Source: an uncultured Holophagales bacterium (GTDB taxonomy: Bacteria; Acidobacteriota; Thermoanaerobaculia; Multivoradales; UBA5704). Taken from it: 64,000 bases of DNA. Position 1 is the stretch's first letter; every line of letters begins with the position of its first letter. Under the pieces are notes generated by a model. The model made no database searches and was not told the DNA's origin. It was given only the letters and a program-made list of their open reading frames with translations. Shown piece by piece: positions 29,900-39,338 of the stretch. The DNA is taken from NCBI GenBank assembly GCA_963842525.1, contig CAWJGT010000025.1:448001-512000 (forward strand). The letters run 5' to 3'. Made by a program: the position numbers and the translations under genes.

Positions 29900-31792
29900 T
29901 CACGACCTCCTCCTCTGCCACCACTGGTGGGTACGCCACGCCCGGGTGGACTCCATCTCCCGGATCAGCCGATTGAGGCGTTCGATCTCCGCATAGGTGC
30001 GGCCGAGGTGCGCTGTCTGGTCGTCGACGGCCGTGCGGAGCTTCCGCTCCTCGTCGTAGAGGCGCTGGAGCTCGGTCGACAGGCGGCCGTGCTCTTCCTT
30101 CGAGCCGGCCAGCTCGCCCGACACGTTGTGGAAGCGCTCTTCCCAGAGGAACCGCTCGCGGGCCAGGGCCTCGTGCGCCTGCCGGAGAGCCTCCAGATCG
30201 TTCCCCAGGCGGTCCACCTCCCGGCGGGCGCTGGCCCAGCCCTCCTGCCCGGCTACGGCCTCGGCCCGTAGAGTGTCGACCGCCCGCGCCAGGACGTCCG
30301 GACGGAGGCGTCCGGCGTGCTTGGCGAGCACCCGAGCCTTGATCGCCAGGAAGTCCCCGCGCTCCCGCGGGCGCTCGCCGAAGATGTGATGCGCGCCGCC
30401 GCGGAAGTGCCGGTATTCGCAGGTCACCCGCGCCAGGTGATGGAACGGGGTGAGGGCCGCGAGGCGGATCAGGTAGTCCCAGTCCTCGAAGAAGGGGAGG
30501 CTTGGATCGAACGGTCCGGCTTCGGAGAACAGACCGCGCTCGATGAGCAGGGTGTTGAACGGGATGTAGTTGTCGACCAGCAGGATGTCCGGATCGAAGT
30601 CGCGGCTGTAGGGGAGACGCCGGTCGCGGCAGGACCAGCCGCCGTCCGGGTCCAGCTCGTAGACCGCTACCGCGGCGTCGGTGTAGGCGACACGCACTCC
30701 GGCCGCTCCGACGAGGCCGGCCAGTGTCGCCAGGTGCTCGGGCGCGGCCAGGTCGTCGTCGTCCAGGAAGGCAACGAAGTCGCCGCTTGCCGCCGCGATA
30801 CCGGCTTCGGCCGCGCCGGCCCGGCCGCGGCTTTCCTCCAGGTCGACCCGTACGACCGGCAGCGGGTAGTCCGGTGGCACCTCCGGCGGCGCGCCTCCAT
30901 CGTTGACCAGGACCACCTCGGCGCGGTGGTACTCCCCCTCGGCCAGGCTCGCCAGGGCCTCGGCCAGCAGAGCCGGACGGTCGCGGGTGCGGACGATCAC
31001 CGAGACGAGCGGTCCTTCGCGCACCTCTGCGACCTCCGGCAGGCCGCCCAGGAAGCGGACGAGCTGCGCCGCGCTACGGGTCGTGAAGTCCTGGACGGTG
31101 AGCCGTCGGTAGGCCTCGGCGAGACCGACCTCCGGGCCGAGGCTGAGGGTGCGGAACCGGCGCAGGCCCAGCCCGGCGTTCAAATAGGGATGCCGTTCCT
31201 CCTGGCTGCCATAGCAGGCCATGGCCGCCTCGATCGCCGGCCCTTCGGCCGTGACGTCGACCAGCAGGTCCGGATGGGCCGGGTGGTTGACCTCGTAGAG
31301 CAGGATGCGCAGGCCGCGGAAGGCCTCCTCTTCGAGCCCGCGCACTGGCGCGAGCAGGCGGTGGACGGCCGCGAAGGCGGCGCGGTGGTCGCGTGTCACC
31401 TCCAGGGGCGAGGGGACCAGCAGCAGCTCGGGCCGCTGCGTCAGGACGGCTTTCCGGATCCCCTCCACCGCCGCACCGAGGTGCTGGTCGAGAGAGCCAT
31501 CGGGGAGGTCGAGCCCGGCCCAGCCGGCGAGGCCGAGGATCTGGGCGGCCTGGCCCACCTCCTGGCGGCGGCGCAGCCGGTAGGCCGCCCGGTCGGTGAT
31601 CCCTTCGGTCGCCTCGCTCCCGCCGCCGCCGTCGGTCAGGAAGAGGACGCGCACCGCGGCGCCGGCCGTGGCGAGCTGGGCCAGGAGGCCGCCGCAGCCG
31701 AGGACCTCGTCGTCGTAATGGGGTGCGAGAACCAGGACGCTCGCGGCGCGCACCCGCTCGGTCCAGCCTGGAGGGGGTTGGACCCTGTTCAC
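29900..31792 (-). CDS. PIG-L deacetylase + GT2 + coiled-coil fusion
   Basis: APHYDDEVLGCGG, RDH; IVRTRDR, FLDDDD, FEDWD; heptad tail. Confidence 0.85.
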   Translation of the reverse strand: MNRVQPPPGWTERVRAASVLVLAPHYDDEVLGCGGLLAQLATAGAAVRVLFLTDGGGGSEATEGITDRAAYRLRRRQEVGQAAQILGLAGWAGLDLPDGSLDQHLGAAVEGIRKAVLTQRPELLLVPSPLEVTRDHRAAFAAVHRLLAPVRGLEEEAFRGLRILLYEVNHPAHPDLLVDVTAEGPAIEAAMACYGSQEERHPYLNAGLGLRRFRTLSLGPEVGLAEAYRRLTVQDFTTRSAAQLVRFLGGLPEVAEVREGPLVSVIVRTRDRPALLAEALASLAEGEYHRAEVVLVNDGGAPPEVPPDYPLPVVRVDLEESRGRAGAAEAGIAAASGDFVAFLDDDDLAAPEHLATLAGLVGAAGVRVAYTDAAVAVYELDPDGGWSCRDRRLPYSRDFDPDILLVDNYIPFNTLLIERGLFSEAGPFDPSLPFFEDWDYLIRLAALTPFHHLARVTCEYRHFRGGAHHIFGERPRERGDFLAIKARVLAKHAGRLRPDVLARAVDTLRAEAVAGQEGWASARREVDRLGNDLEALRQAHEALARERFLWEERFHNVSGELAGSKEEHGRLSTELQRLYDEERKLRTAVDDQTAHLGRTYAEIERLNRLIREMESTRAWRTHQWWQRRRS

Positions 31793-34071
31793 TGGATGTA
31801 CCCCAGGGCGCGCAGCCGCTCCTCGGTTTCGGTGTTCGGCGCCGCAGAGGCGACCGGCTTGCGGTCCACCGGAGGCAGCCAGATGCGCAGCGACAGCCCG
31901 GAGGGCGGCGGCTGCCATCCCTTTTCCCGCAGCGATCGAGCGTCCACCGCGCCGCCGCCGTACGGAGTCCCGGGGCCGAGAAGCAGGCGGCCCGCCGGCA
32001 GAGGGGTCCCGCCAAGCCGGGCTTCCACGGACTCCAGGCGGGCGAAGCCCTCGCCGACGAGGAAACCCTTGCTCAATGTTTCGCCGCCCAAGTCGAAGCG
32101 CATCCGGTTGCCGTCGATCTCCACCCGGTCTCCCTCGGCCAGGAAATAGGAGGCCCAGCCCGCGGCCGGCCGGTCGAGGACCAGCGAGCCGGTCAGCCGG
32201 GCCCCGGCGGGCAGGCCCGAGGCGATGACCCGCAGGCCGGGGAGCTGGGCGTCGAGCTGGCGATGGATGAACGGCTGGAGAGCGTCCACCTGCCCGGGCG
32301 CCCGGTCCGCCAGGTTGGCCTTCTCGCGAGGGTCGGCGTCGAGGTCGTAGAGCTCGGCGCGGTGCATCCGCTCCAGGTCCAGGCTCCAGAGATAGGCCTG
32401 GAGCGGATCGTGGGGCGTGTAGGGCGTCTCCGGGTTGAAGAGGATGAGCTTCTTCCGGTCGAGCACCGCGGCGGCGCGCAGGGGGCCGATCATCATGTGC
32501 TGGGCGAAGGCGGCGAGGCGTGGCAGCGAGGACTTGCCTTCGAGCGCCGGCATCAGGTCGATCCCGTCCCACTCGGGCGCAGCCTTGCCGCCGCCGGCGC
32601 GGACCAGCGTCGGCAGGAGGTCCAGCAGGCGCACGGTGCCGCGCAGCCGCTTGCCCGCGGGGATGTGGCCGTCCCAGCGCATCAGCAGGGGCACGTGGAT
32701 CTCCTCCTCGTAGAGGGTGAACCCGTGCTTCCACCCGCCGTGATCGTACAGCTCTTCGCCGTGGTCCGCCGTCAGCACGATCAGCGTGTCGTCCAGGATC
32801 TCCTGCGGCAACGACCGGATCAGCTCGCCGACCCAGCGGTCTGTATAGACGATCTCGCTGTCGTAGAGAGCCGTGAGCTGGGCCACGTCCTGCTCCGGGT
32901 CGCCGAGCGGGATCTTGCCCGAATAGACGCCATGGACGTCGATCCCGGTCAGCTTCCCCTGATAGTTCGGGAAGAACGGAGACCGTTTGCCCCCGGTGTC
33001 CGGGTTCTCATAGGGATCATGGGGATCGATGTAGTGGACGTAGCCGAAGAACGGTGCCTTCGAGCGTGCATGGGCGCGCAGCCAGCGCTGGGCGCGGCCG
33101 GTGAGCTGCTCGGCGTTCGGCTGGATGCTCGGCATCGGAGGCGGCGTGAAAAAGGTGTGGAAACCGCGGTCGAAGCCGTTGCCGGTGTGCAGCGTCCGAT
33201 TGGCGATGAAGGCGCCCGTCTCGTAGCCCAGGCCCTCCATCTCCTCGGCCAGGCTCTTGATTCCGGCCGGGATGCCGTAGGAGCGCGAGTCGCTGCCCAG
33301 GACCTCGCCGGGATGGCGGCCGGTCATGAACGAGACCACCGAAGGGAGAGTCCAGGGCGCCTGCGAGTGCGCCTCCTCGACGACCGTGCCGGGCCGGGCG
33401 AGGAGCTGTTCGATCTGCGGCGACGTCGGGCGCCCATACCCGTAGGAGGTCAGATGGTCGGCGCGCAGGGTGTCCACCAGGATGAACAGGATGTTTGGAG
33501 GCTTGGGCGGCTGCTCGGGCCGGTCAGAGGCGGAGGAGAGGCGGACCGGGCTCCAGGCGATCAGGTTGGAGTGGCGGTGCTCGGCCGGCAGGTTCTCCAG
33601 GGAGGCGGCGAACTCCAGGGTGACCTCGCGGCCGGCCCAGCGGGAGAGGTCGACCGTCGTGTCGAGCCAGTCGCGCCGCCATTTTCGCCGCGGGGTGAAG
33701 ATCGCCTCCAGGACTTCGCGCTCGTCGCCGGCCCGCACTGTGACCCAGGCGCGGAAGCTCCGGATCACCGTCCAGGCCTCAGGGAGGATCTGGGCGCCGA
33801 TGTGCAGCTCCGCCCGCTCCGGGATGCGGCCGGTCCACCACCAGGGATCGACGGCGGTGAGGACGATCGGCCGCTTCTCTCCGTCGTAGGTCATGGGGAA
33901 GGCTTCGGGGGGCCGCTGAAAGCGGAGGCCGGCCTCTGCGGGGGAGGCGCCGATCGAGAACGCCTTGGCGGCTACGGCCGCGCGCAGCGAGAGGTCCTCG
34001 GGGAGGCGCGGGCCGCAGCTGGTGGCGAGGGCGAGCAGGGTGAGGATCAGGGCGGCGAGGACTCCGCCCAC
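31789..34071 (-). CDS. Sulfatase-fold (alkaline phosphatase superfamily) lipoprotein
   Basis: LVDTLRADHL, APWTLPS, DPHDPY, TADHGE, ERLRALGY; lipobox-like LATSC. Confidence 0.85.
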   Translation of the reverse strand: MGGVLAALILTLLALATSCGPRLPEDLSLRAAVAAKAFSIGASPAEAGLRFQRPPEAFPMTYDGEKRPIVLTAVDPWWWTGRIPERAELHIGAQILPEAWTVIRSFRAWVTVRAGDEREVLEAIFTPRRKWRRDWLDTTVDLSRWAGREVTLEFAASLENLPAEHRHSNLIAWSPVRLSSASDRPEQPPKPPNILFILVDTLRADHLTSYGYGRPTSPQIEQLLARPGTVVEEAHSQAPWTLPSVVSFMTGRHPGEVLGSDSRSYGIPAGIKSLAEEMEGLGYETGAFIANRTLHTGNGFDRGFHTFFTPPPMPSIQPNAEQLTGRAQRWLRAHARSKAPFFGYVHYIDPHDPYENPDTGGKRSPFFPNYQGKLTGIDVHGVYSGKIPLGDPEQDVAQLTALYDSEIVYTDRWVGELIRSLPQEILDDTLIVLTADHGEELYDHGGWKHGFTLYEEEIHVPLLMRWDGHIPAGKRLRGTVRLLDLLPTLVRAGGGKAAPEWDGIDLMPALEGKSSLPRLAAFAQHMMIGPLRAAAVLDRKKLILFNPETPYTPHDPLQAYLWSLDLERMHRAELYDLDADPREKANLADRAPGQVDALQPFIHRQLDAQLPGLRVIASGLPAGARLTGSLVLDRPAAGWASYFLAEGDRVEIDGNRMRFDLGGETLSKGFLVGEGFARLESVEARLGGTPLPAGRLLLGPGTPYGGGAVDARSLREKGWQPPPSGLSLRIWLPPVDRKPVASAAPNTETEERLRALGYIQ

Positions 34072-34075
34072 CCGG

Positions 34076-34221
34076 CCCTCACCCCCGGCCCCTCTCCCAT
34101 CCGCCCACCCCCACCGCCGGGAGAGGGGAGCTTCGCTTCGTTCACCGGAATCCGGATCTTCTCCCCCCTCTCCCGGTGGCCGGGAGGGCGGTTGGGAGAG
34201 GGGGGCCAGGGGGGTGAGGGG
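34076..34221. repeat. Inverted doublet of REP-like palindromes
   Basis: CCCTCACCCCCGGCCCCTCTCCC ... GGGAGAGGGGGGCCAGGGGGGTGAGGG. Confidence 0.75.
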
Positions 34222-34228
34222 CCGCGCC

Positions 34229-34936
34229 TCAACGCCCGTCTCTCCGCCCGCGCCAGCGCAGCATCAGCACGTCCCAGAACATGCGGAGGGAATCGGTCAT
34301 GGGATTGACCCGCGACGAGGAGGAGTCGGCCCAGCGGACGCCCACCTCGACGACCCGGTAGCCGTGCCGGCGCGCGAGCCAGACCAGCTCGACGTCGTAG
34401 GCGAAGCGCTCGATCTGAAGCTTCCGGAAGAGCTCGCGCGCCACGTCCCCGTCCAGCAGCTTGAAGCCGCACTGGGTGTCGCGCAGGCCGCGCACGCCCA
34501 GCAGGCGGATGATCAGGTTGAAGGTCCGGCCCATCATCTCCCGGTATACGGGCTGGTGCAGGGTGATGTCCGAGCCGGCCACCGCGCGGCTGCCGAGGAT
34601 CACCTCGGCCTCCTGGAGATGGGGCCGCAGCCGCTCCAGGTCCTCGATCGGCGTCGAGAGGTCGGCGTCGACCAGCAGCACCTCGTCGCCGCGGCTCTCC
34701 AGGACGCCGACCCGCAGCACCGCCCCCTTGCCGCGGTTCTCGGGCTGGCGCAGCAGGTGCACCCCCTGGGCCGCGAACTCCTCGGCCACGGCCGCGGTGG
34801 CGTCGGTGCTGCCGTCGTCGACCACCAGCACCTCGTAGACGACCCCCTGGCCGCGCAGGTAGTCCACCACCCGCCGCAAAGTAGGGCGCAGGCGCAGTGC
34901 CTCGTTGTAGGCGGGGATGACGACGGACAGGTCCAT
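34229..34936 (-). CDS. Polyprenol-phosphate glycosyltransferase (GT2, DPM/ALG5-like)
   Basis: VVIPAYNE, NRGKG, DADLS, DTQCGFK. Confidence 0.9.
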   Translation of the reverse strand: MDLSVVIPAYNEALRLRPTLRRVVDYLRGQGVVYEVLVVDDGSTDATAAVAEEFAAQGVHLLRQPENRGKGAVLRVGVLESRGDEVLLVDADLSTPIEDLERLRPHLQEAEVILGSRAVAGSDITLHQPVYREMMGRTFNLIIRLLGVRGLRDTQCGFKLLDGDVARELFRKLQIERFAYDVELVWLARRHGYRVVEVGVRWADSSSSRVNPMTDSLRMFWDVLMLRWRGRRDGR

Positions 34937-34974
34937 AGAGCGGCCGGATTATATGCGGGGCTAGAATCGGGACG

Positions 34975-36360
34975 ATGCACCCCCTGCCGATCGACCTGCT
35001 GCGGCTGCACCTCCCGGCCGGGGAACGCATCCTCCTGGTCTCTTCGGACCCGCCAGCGCAGCAGGAAGCCCTGGTTGCGGCGGGTTGGCCGGTCACGGCG
35101 GCCGACCCGGGCAACCTCCCGGCCGGCGAGGCGCGCTTCGCGGCGGCCGTCCTCCTGGACCGTTCCGAAGAGCCGCTGCCGGCCCTGCTCACCCGGCTCC
35201 ACGGGCTTCTCGCCGACAAGGGGCGCCTGGTGATCGCCGGCCCGGAGCCCGGCCCGAGCGAGCTGACGATCACCCTCTCGGAAGCCGGCTTCGTGGTCCT
35301 CAAGCAGGAGGAGGTCCCGGGGGCAGGTACGCTCACCGCGGCGCGCCGCGAGGGCTTCTTCGTCCGCGAATACCGGGAGGGGGACGAGGAGCAGATCCTC
35401 GCCCTGTTCCGGCGCGGCTTCTTCGTCGACCGCAGCCTCGCGCGCTGGAGCTGGGAGTACCGGGAGAACCCCTACGGCAACCGGAAGATCAGCATGGCTT
35501 TCGACAGCGACGGCAAGCTGGCGGCCCACTACTCCGGCTACCCGGTGCGCTTCCACCGCGAGGAGGACGGCCGGACGCAGGCCCTCACCGCGCTGCAGAT
35601 CGGCGACACCATGACCGAGCCCTCCGTCCGCCACGTGGGGCGGGGACCGACCAGCCTCCTGGGCCGCACCGTCCGCCACTACTACTCCCGGTTCTGCGAC
35701 GGGCAGGTCGCCTTCAACTATGGGGTCAACACGGGCAACATCCAACGCTTTTCGATGAGCTTCGTCGGGGCGCGCCGCCTGGAGGACCTTCCCTACCACG
35801 TCCGCGATGCTGGTCCGCCGGTCTCCCTCCCGCACCCGCTGCGGGTCCGCCTCGCCGGCTGGCGTGTCGAGCGGATCTCACATTTCGACGGCCGCTTCGA
35901 CGAGCTGTTCCGGCGGGTGGCCGGCGCCTACCGGCTCCTGATCGAGCGCGACGCCCGGTATCTCGATTGGCGCTATGGCCGCTGTCCGGACACCGAGTCC
36001 TTCATCTATGCCGTGTTCCGCCGTGCCCGCCTCGCCGGCTGGAGCGTCTTCCGCTACCGCAAGGGCCAGAGGGAAATCCTCTCCTGGGGCGACGCCCTGT
36101 TCGACCCGCGCCAGCCCGCGGCGGTCCCCCTCCTCCTGGCGCACGTCCTGGCCGCGCCCGAGCACCGGACCGCCCGAGCCGTCGACCTCTGGCTGACCCC
36201 GCGTCCCGCCTGGTGGGCCGACGGGATCCGCAGGCTGGGCTTCGAGCCCCGGCCCGAGCCCGAGAACCTGGGGCTCGTCTTCGTGCCGTTCGGCTTCGAC
36301 CCGGAGGAGGCCTTCCGTGCGGGTCTGTACTACATGATGGGAGACACGGATCTGTTCTGA
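34975..36360 (+). CDS. GNAT-family acyltransferase with N-terminal methyltransferase-like remnant
   Basis: WSWEYRENPYG, IGDTMTEPSVR, RDARYLDWRY, GDTD terminus. Confidence 0.7.
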   Translation: MHPLPIDLLRLHLPAGERILLVSSDPPAQQEALVAAGWPVTAADPGNLPAGEARFAAAVLLDRSEEPLPALLTRLHGLLADKGRLVIAGPEPGPSELTITLSEAGFVVLKQEEVPGAGTLTAARREGFFVREYREGDEEQILALFRRGFFVDRSLARWSWEYRENPYGNRKISMAFDSDGKLAAHYSGYPVRFHREEDGRTQALTALQIGDTMTEPSVRHVGRGPTSLLGRTVRHYYSRFCDGQVAFNYGVNTGNIQRFSMSFVGARRLEDLPYHVRDAGPPVSLPHPLRVRLAGWRVERISHFDGRFDELFRRVAGAYRLLIERDARYLDWRYGRCPDTESFIYAVFRRARLAGWSVFRYRKGQREILSWGDALFDPRQPAAVPLLLAHVLAAPEHRTARAVDLWLTPRPAWWADGIRRLGFEPRPEPENLGLVFVPFGFDPEEAFRAGLYYMMGDTDLF

Positions 36361-38168
36361 CGCATCCGCGTAAACCCGGTGATCCGCCCGGCCTCGTCCC
36401 GCGCCTCGATCCACCAGAAGAATTCGCCGCCGGGATAGAGCCGCTCCATGGTCTGGAAGAATGGATCGGGCAGGTCTGCCCGCAGGACTCCTCCCGCGAC
36501 GCTCTCCGGGCCAAGATCGAAGACGGCGCTGTTGCCCCGGGCCACGACCAGCAGTCGGAAGCGCCGGTGCGGTCCCGCGGGCACCGCCACCTGGACACCC
36601 TCGCGGGTGAAATCCACCGGTGCGCCGTCCGGCGGAGCGAGGACCTGGAGCTCTACCGGTGCCGGGTCCGGCCGGGGGATTGTGGCCAGCCGGACCGTGG
36701 CCCCATCCCATTCGTACACCCCGGCCCCGGGCGCGCCCAAGGCGACCGGCAGCAGCGCAGTCCCCTGGAGCGGCGGGAGTGGCCAGACCGGCACCGTTGC
36801 CTCCGTGAACGGAGGATGGACGGCGTCGCGCAGCCCGTAGTGGTAGACCTGCGCAATGGGAACCCCGACCTCGTTCATCACGAAATAGGGATACCGGGTG
36901 AGGAAGATCCGGTCCGCATGAGCCTGGATCAACGCCGTCTGGATCGTTCGCGCCGTCCTTCCCGCCTCCATGTAGGCACTCACATAGCCGGTGAGGAGGA
37001 AGGCCCAGAAGGCGCCGAAGAGCGCGAGGACCGCCGGCGCCAGAGTCCGCACCCGGACCGGCAGCGAAACAGCGACCGCCCGCGCCACGACCGCGGCAGC
37101 CAGGACCACGCCGACGACGGCCAGATACCAATAGCGCCCGTTGCCAGGGACCGACGGCCGCAAGGCGAACGGCGCCTGAAACGCCAGAGCCCAGGCCCAG
37201 CCGAACAGCCAAAGCCGGACGTGGGACGAATCGAGCGCACGCCGCCGGACCACGAACAGGACGATCGGCAGGACGAGAACCAGGGTGCAGGTGACCGCGA
37301 GTATCCACGGCCCCGGCCAGCGGTCGTAGACCGGGACGTGGATCTGGTGGACCGAGGTCACGAGATCCATCAGAAGCTGTTTCACCTGGGGCGCGGTGAG
37401 CCGCTGGCTGTACTCCTCGTAACCGCCCACGAAGACGCCGAAGACCCGGCGTCGCAGCAGCAGGTATCCGCCGAGCACCGCGAAGAAGGGGAGGTACGCC
37501 GGCGCCAGCGCGAGATGGCGGCGCCCGCGGCGCGTCCCGAGCAGGTGGTCGTGGGCGGCGAGCACGGCGGGAAAGACCGCAGCGGCCTCATAGGACCCGA
37601 GAGCCAGCCCGAAAAGCCCCAGCGCGGCCCACCAGCCTGCGACGGAGCCCTCTTCCCGAAACCGCTGCCAGGCGAGGAACCCGCCGAGCAGGAACGCCGC
37701 GGCAAAGATCGTGGCGAAGCTGGCGCTGAAGACCACCGCGTTCGGGTGCAGAGGATAGAGGGCGAAGAGCATCGCCGCGGCCAAGGGCACGAAACTTGTT
37801 CCTGACGCGAGCCGCCGGATGATCGCCCAGACCAGCAGCACATTCAGGAGATGGACCAGCAGATGCACGAGGTTGTAGCCCACCGGCCGGGCCCCGAAGG
37901 CCGCGATCTCTAAGCCGTAGATGAAGGTCGAGACCGGACGCCAGAACCGTACGGCCGTGATTCCCAGCCAGGGCTCGGCAAGCTGCGCCCAGAGGTCCCG
38001 CCAGGGTGGGTGCTCGCCGAGGAACCGGATGAGGAGGTAGTCCTCGCTGGTAAAGGGGCGGACGAGCGCCCGGCCGTAGAAGGCCAGGACGGCCGCGGCA
38101 AGGACCCAGGGCGCGGATCTGGCCAGCCACCCCGGACCCGCGCTCGCCGCGGAGGGTTCATTCGGCAT
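36330..38168 (-). CDS. Polytopic GT-C-like membrane protein
   Basis: FTSEDY, FWRPVS, LVHLLN, YPLHPNAV, SYE; many TM segments. Confidence 0.7.
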   Translation of the reverse strand: MPNEPSAASAGPGWLARSAPWVLAAAVLAFYGRALVRPFTSEDYLLIRFLGEHPPWRDLWAQLAEPWLGITAVRFWRPVSTFIYGLEIAAFGARPVGYNLVHLLVHLLNVLLVWAIIRRLASGTSFVPLAAAMLFALYPLHPNAVVFSASFATIFAAAFLLGGFLAWQRFREEGSVAGWWAALGLFGLALGSYEAAAVFPAVLAAHDHLLGTRRGRRHLALAPAYLPFFAVLGGYLLLRRRVFGVFVGGYEEYSQRLTAPQVKQLLMDLVTSVHQIHVPVYDRWPGPWILAVTCTLVLVLPIVLFVVRRRALDSSHVRLWLFGWAWALAFQAPFALRPSVPGNGRYWYLAVVGVVLAAAVVARAVAVSLPVRVRTLAPAVLALFGAFWAFLLTGYVSAYMEAGRTARTIQTALIQAHADRIFLTRYPYFVMNEVGVPIAQVYHYGLRDAVHPPFTEATVPVWPLPPLQGTALLPVALGAPGAGVYEWDGATVRLATIPRPDPAPVELQVLAPPDGAPVDFTREGVQVAVPAGPHRRFRLLVVARGNSAVFDLGPESVAGGVLRADLPDPFFQTMERLYPGGEFFWWIEARDEAGRITGFTRMRQNRSVSPIM

Positions 38169-38183
38169 GGCCGGGGATTGTAT

Positions 38184-39308
38184 CTAGGCGAGGACCCGCA
38201 GGGGGTTCGAGCTCGGCACGAAGTTGCGCAGGCGGACCGGAAGGCGCCGCGCACCCCAGGTGCCGGGCGGGCCGTCGAAGCAGCCGGCACACGCCGTGCC
38301 GCAGGAGCGGCACTTGCCGTCCTCTGTGAGATTCCACCCGGTCAGCACATACCAGTCGCGGCCGATCAGCTTCGCGCCGCAACCGTGGCAATAGGTGCTG
38401 CCGCCGTCCTCGTCGTGGACATTGCCCGTGTAGGCATAGCGGATGCCGTTCGCCAGAGCGATCTTGCGCGCCCGGGTGAGCGTCGCCGGTGGCGTCGGCG
38501 GATGGTCCAGCATCTTCCAATCGGGATGGAAGGCGGTGAAGTGGATCGGCACGTCCGGCCCCAGCTTGTCGACGATCCACCGCGTCATCTCGTCGATCTC
38601 CTGGGCCGAGTCGTTCTCGCCCGGGATCAGGAGGGTCGTGAGCTCGAACCAGACATCGGTTTCGTGCTTGAGGTAGACGAGGGTGTCGAGCACCGCGCCC
38701 AGCTCGCCGCCGCAGATCTTGCGGTAGAAGCGCTCGGTGAAACCCTTGAGGTCGACGTTCGCCGCATCCATATGCCGGTAGAATTCGACCCGCGGCTCAG
38801 GGCAGATGTAGCCGGCGGTCACCGCGACAGGGTGGATTCCCTGTTCGCGGCAGGCGTCCGCCACATCCATGGCGTACTCCAGGAAGACCACAGGATCGTT
38901 ATACGTAAACGCCACGCTCGAGCAGCCGAGCCGCTCCGCCGCCGCGGCGATCGCTTCGGGGGTGGCCTGGTCGGCCAGCGTGTCGAGCTCTCGCGACTTG
39001 CTGATGTCCCAGTTCTGGCAGAACTGGCAGGCCAGGTTGCAGCCGGCCGTGCCGAAGGAGAGGATCGGCGTCCCCGGCAGGAAGTGGTTGAGCGGCTTCT
39101 TCTCGATCGGATCGACGCAGAACCCGCTCGACCGCCCCCATGTCTTGAGCACGATCTGGTCGTCTTCGCGGCCGCGCACGAAGCACAGCCCGCGCTGCCC
39201 TTCCAGCAGCTTGCAGAACCGGGGGCACACATCGCACTGGATCCGCCCGTTGTCGAGCGCATGCCAGTACTTCGTGGGAACGGTGTCGTTGAACGTCGCG
39301 TCACTCAT
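38184..39308 (-). CDS. amrS: AmmeMemoRadiSam system radical SAM enzyme
   Basis: CDVCPRFC, DPIEKKPL, GCNLACQFCQNWDIS, FTYNDP, YTGNVHD. Confidence 0.93.
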   Translation of the reverse strand: MSDATFNDTVPTKYWHALDNGRIQCDVCPRFCKLLEGQRGLCFVRGREDDQIVLKTWGRSSGFCVDPIEKKPLNHFLPGTPILSFGTAGCNLACQFCQNWDISKSRELDTLADQATPEAIAAAAERLGCSSVAFTYNDPVVFLEYAMDVADACREQGIHPVAVTAGYICPEPRVEFYRHMDAANVDLKGFTERFYRKICGGELGAVLDTLVYLKHETDVWFELTTLLIPGENDSAQEIDEMTRWIVDKLGPDVPIHFTAFHPDWKMLDHPPTPPATLTRARKIALANGIRYAYTGNVHDEDGGSTYCHGCGAKLIGRDWYVLTGWNLTEDGKCRSCGTACAGCFDGPPGTWGARRLPVRLRNFVPSSNPLRVLA

Positions 39309-39338
39309 CCAGAGGGTGCAACGCAGGCGGGAGTCCGG

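Noticed and set aside
31723-37805. Long antisense or alternate-frame ORFs (e.g. 861 aa and 906 aa; likewise 51779-53857 and 59093-61558)
   Set aside because: Shadow ORFs of high-GC coding regions with Arg/Gly/Pro-rich, motif-free translations.
38184-39308. amrS as a RiPP maturase for the small peptides
   Set aside because: It is a typical AmmeMemoRadiSam enzyme, lacks SPASM/RRE features and lies over 20 kb away.
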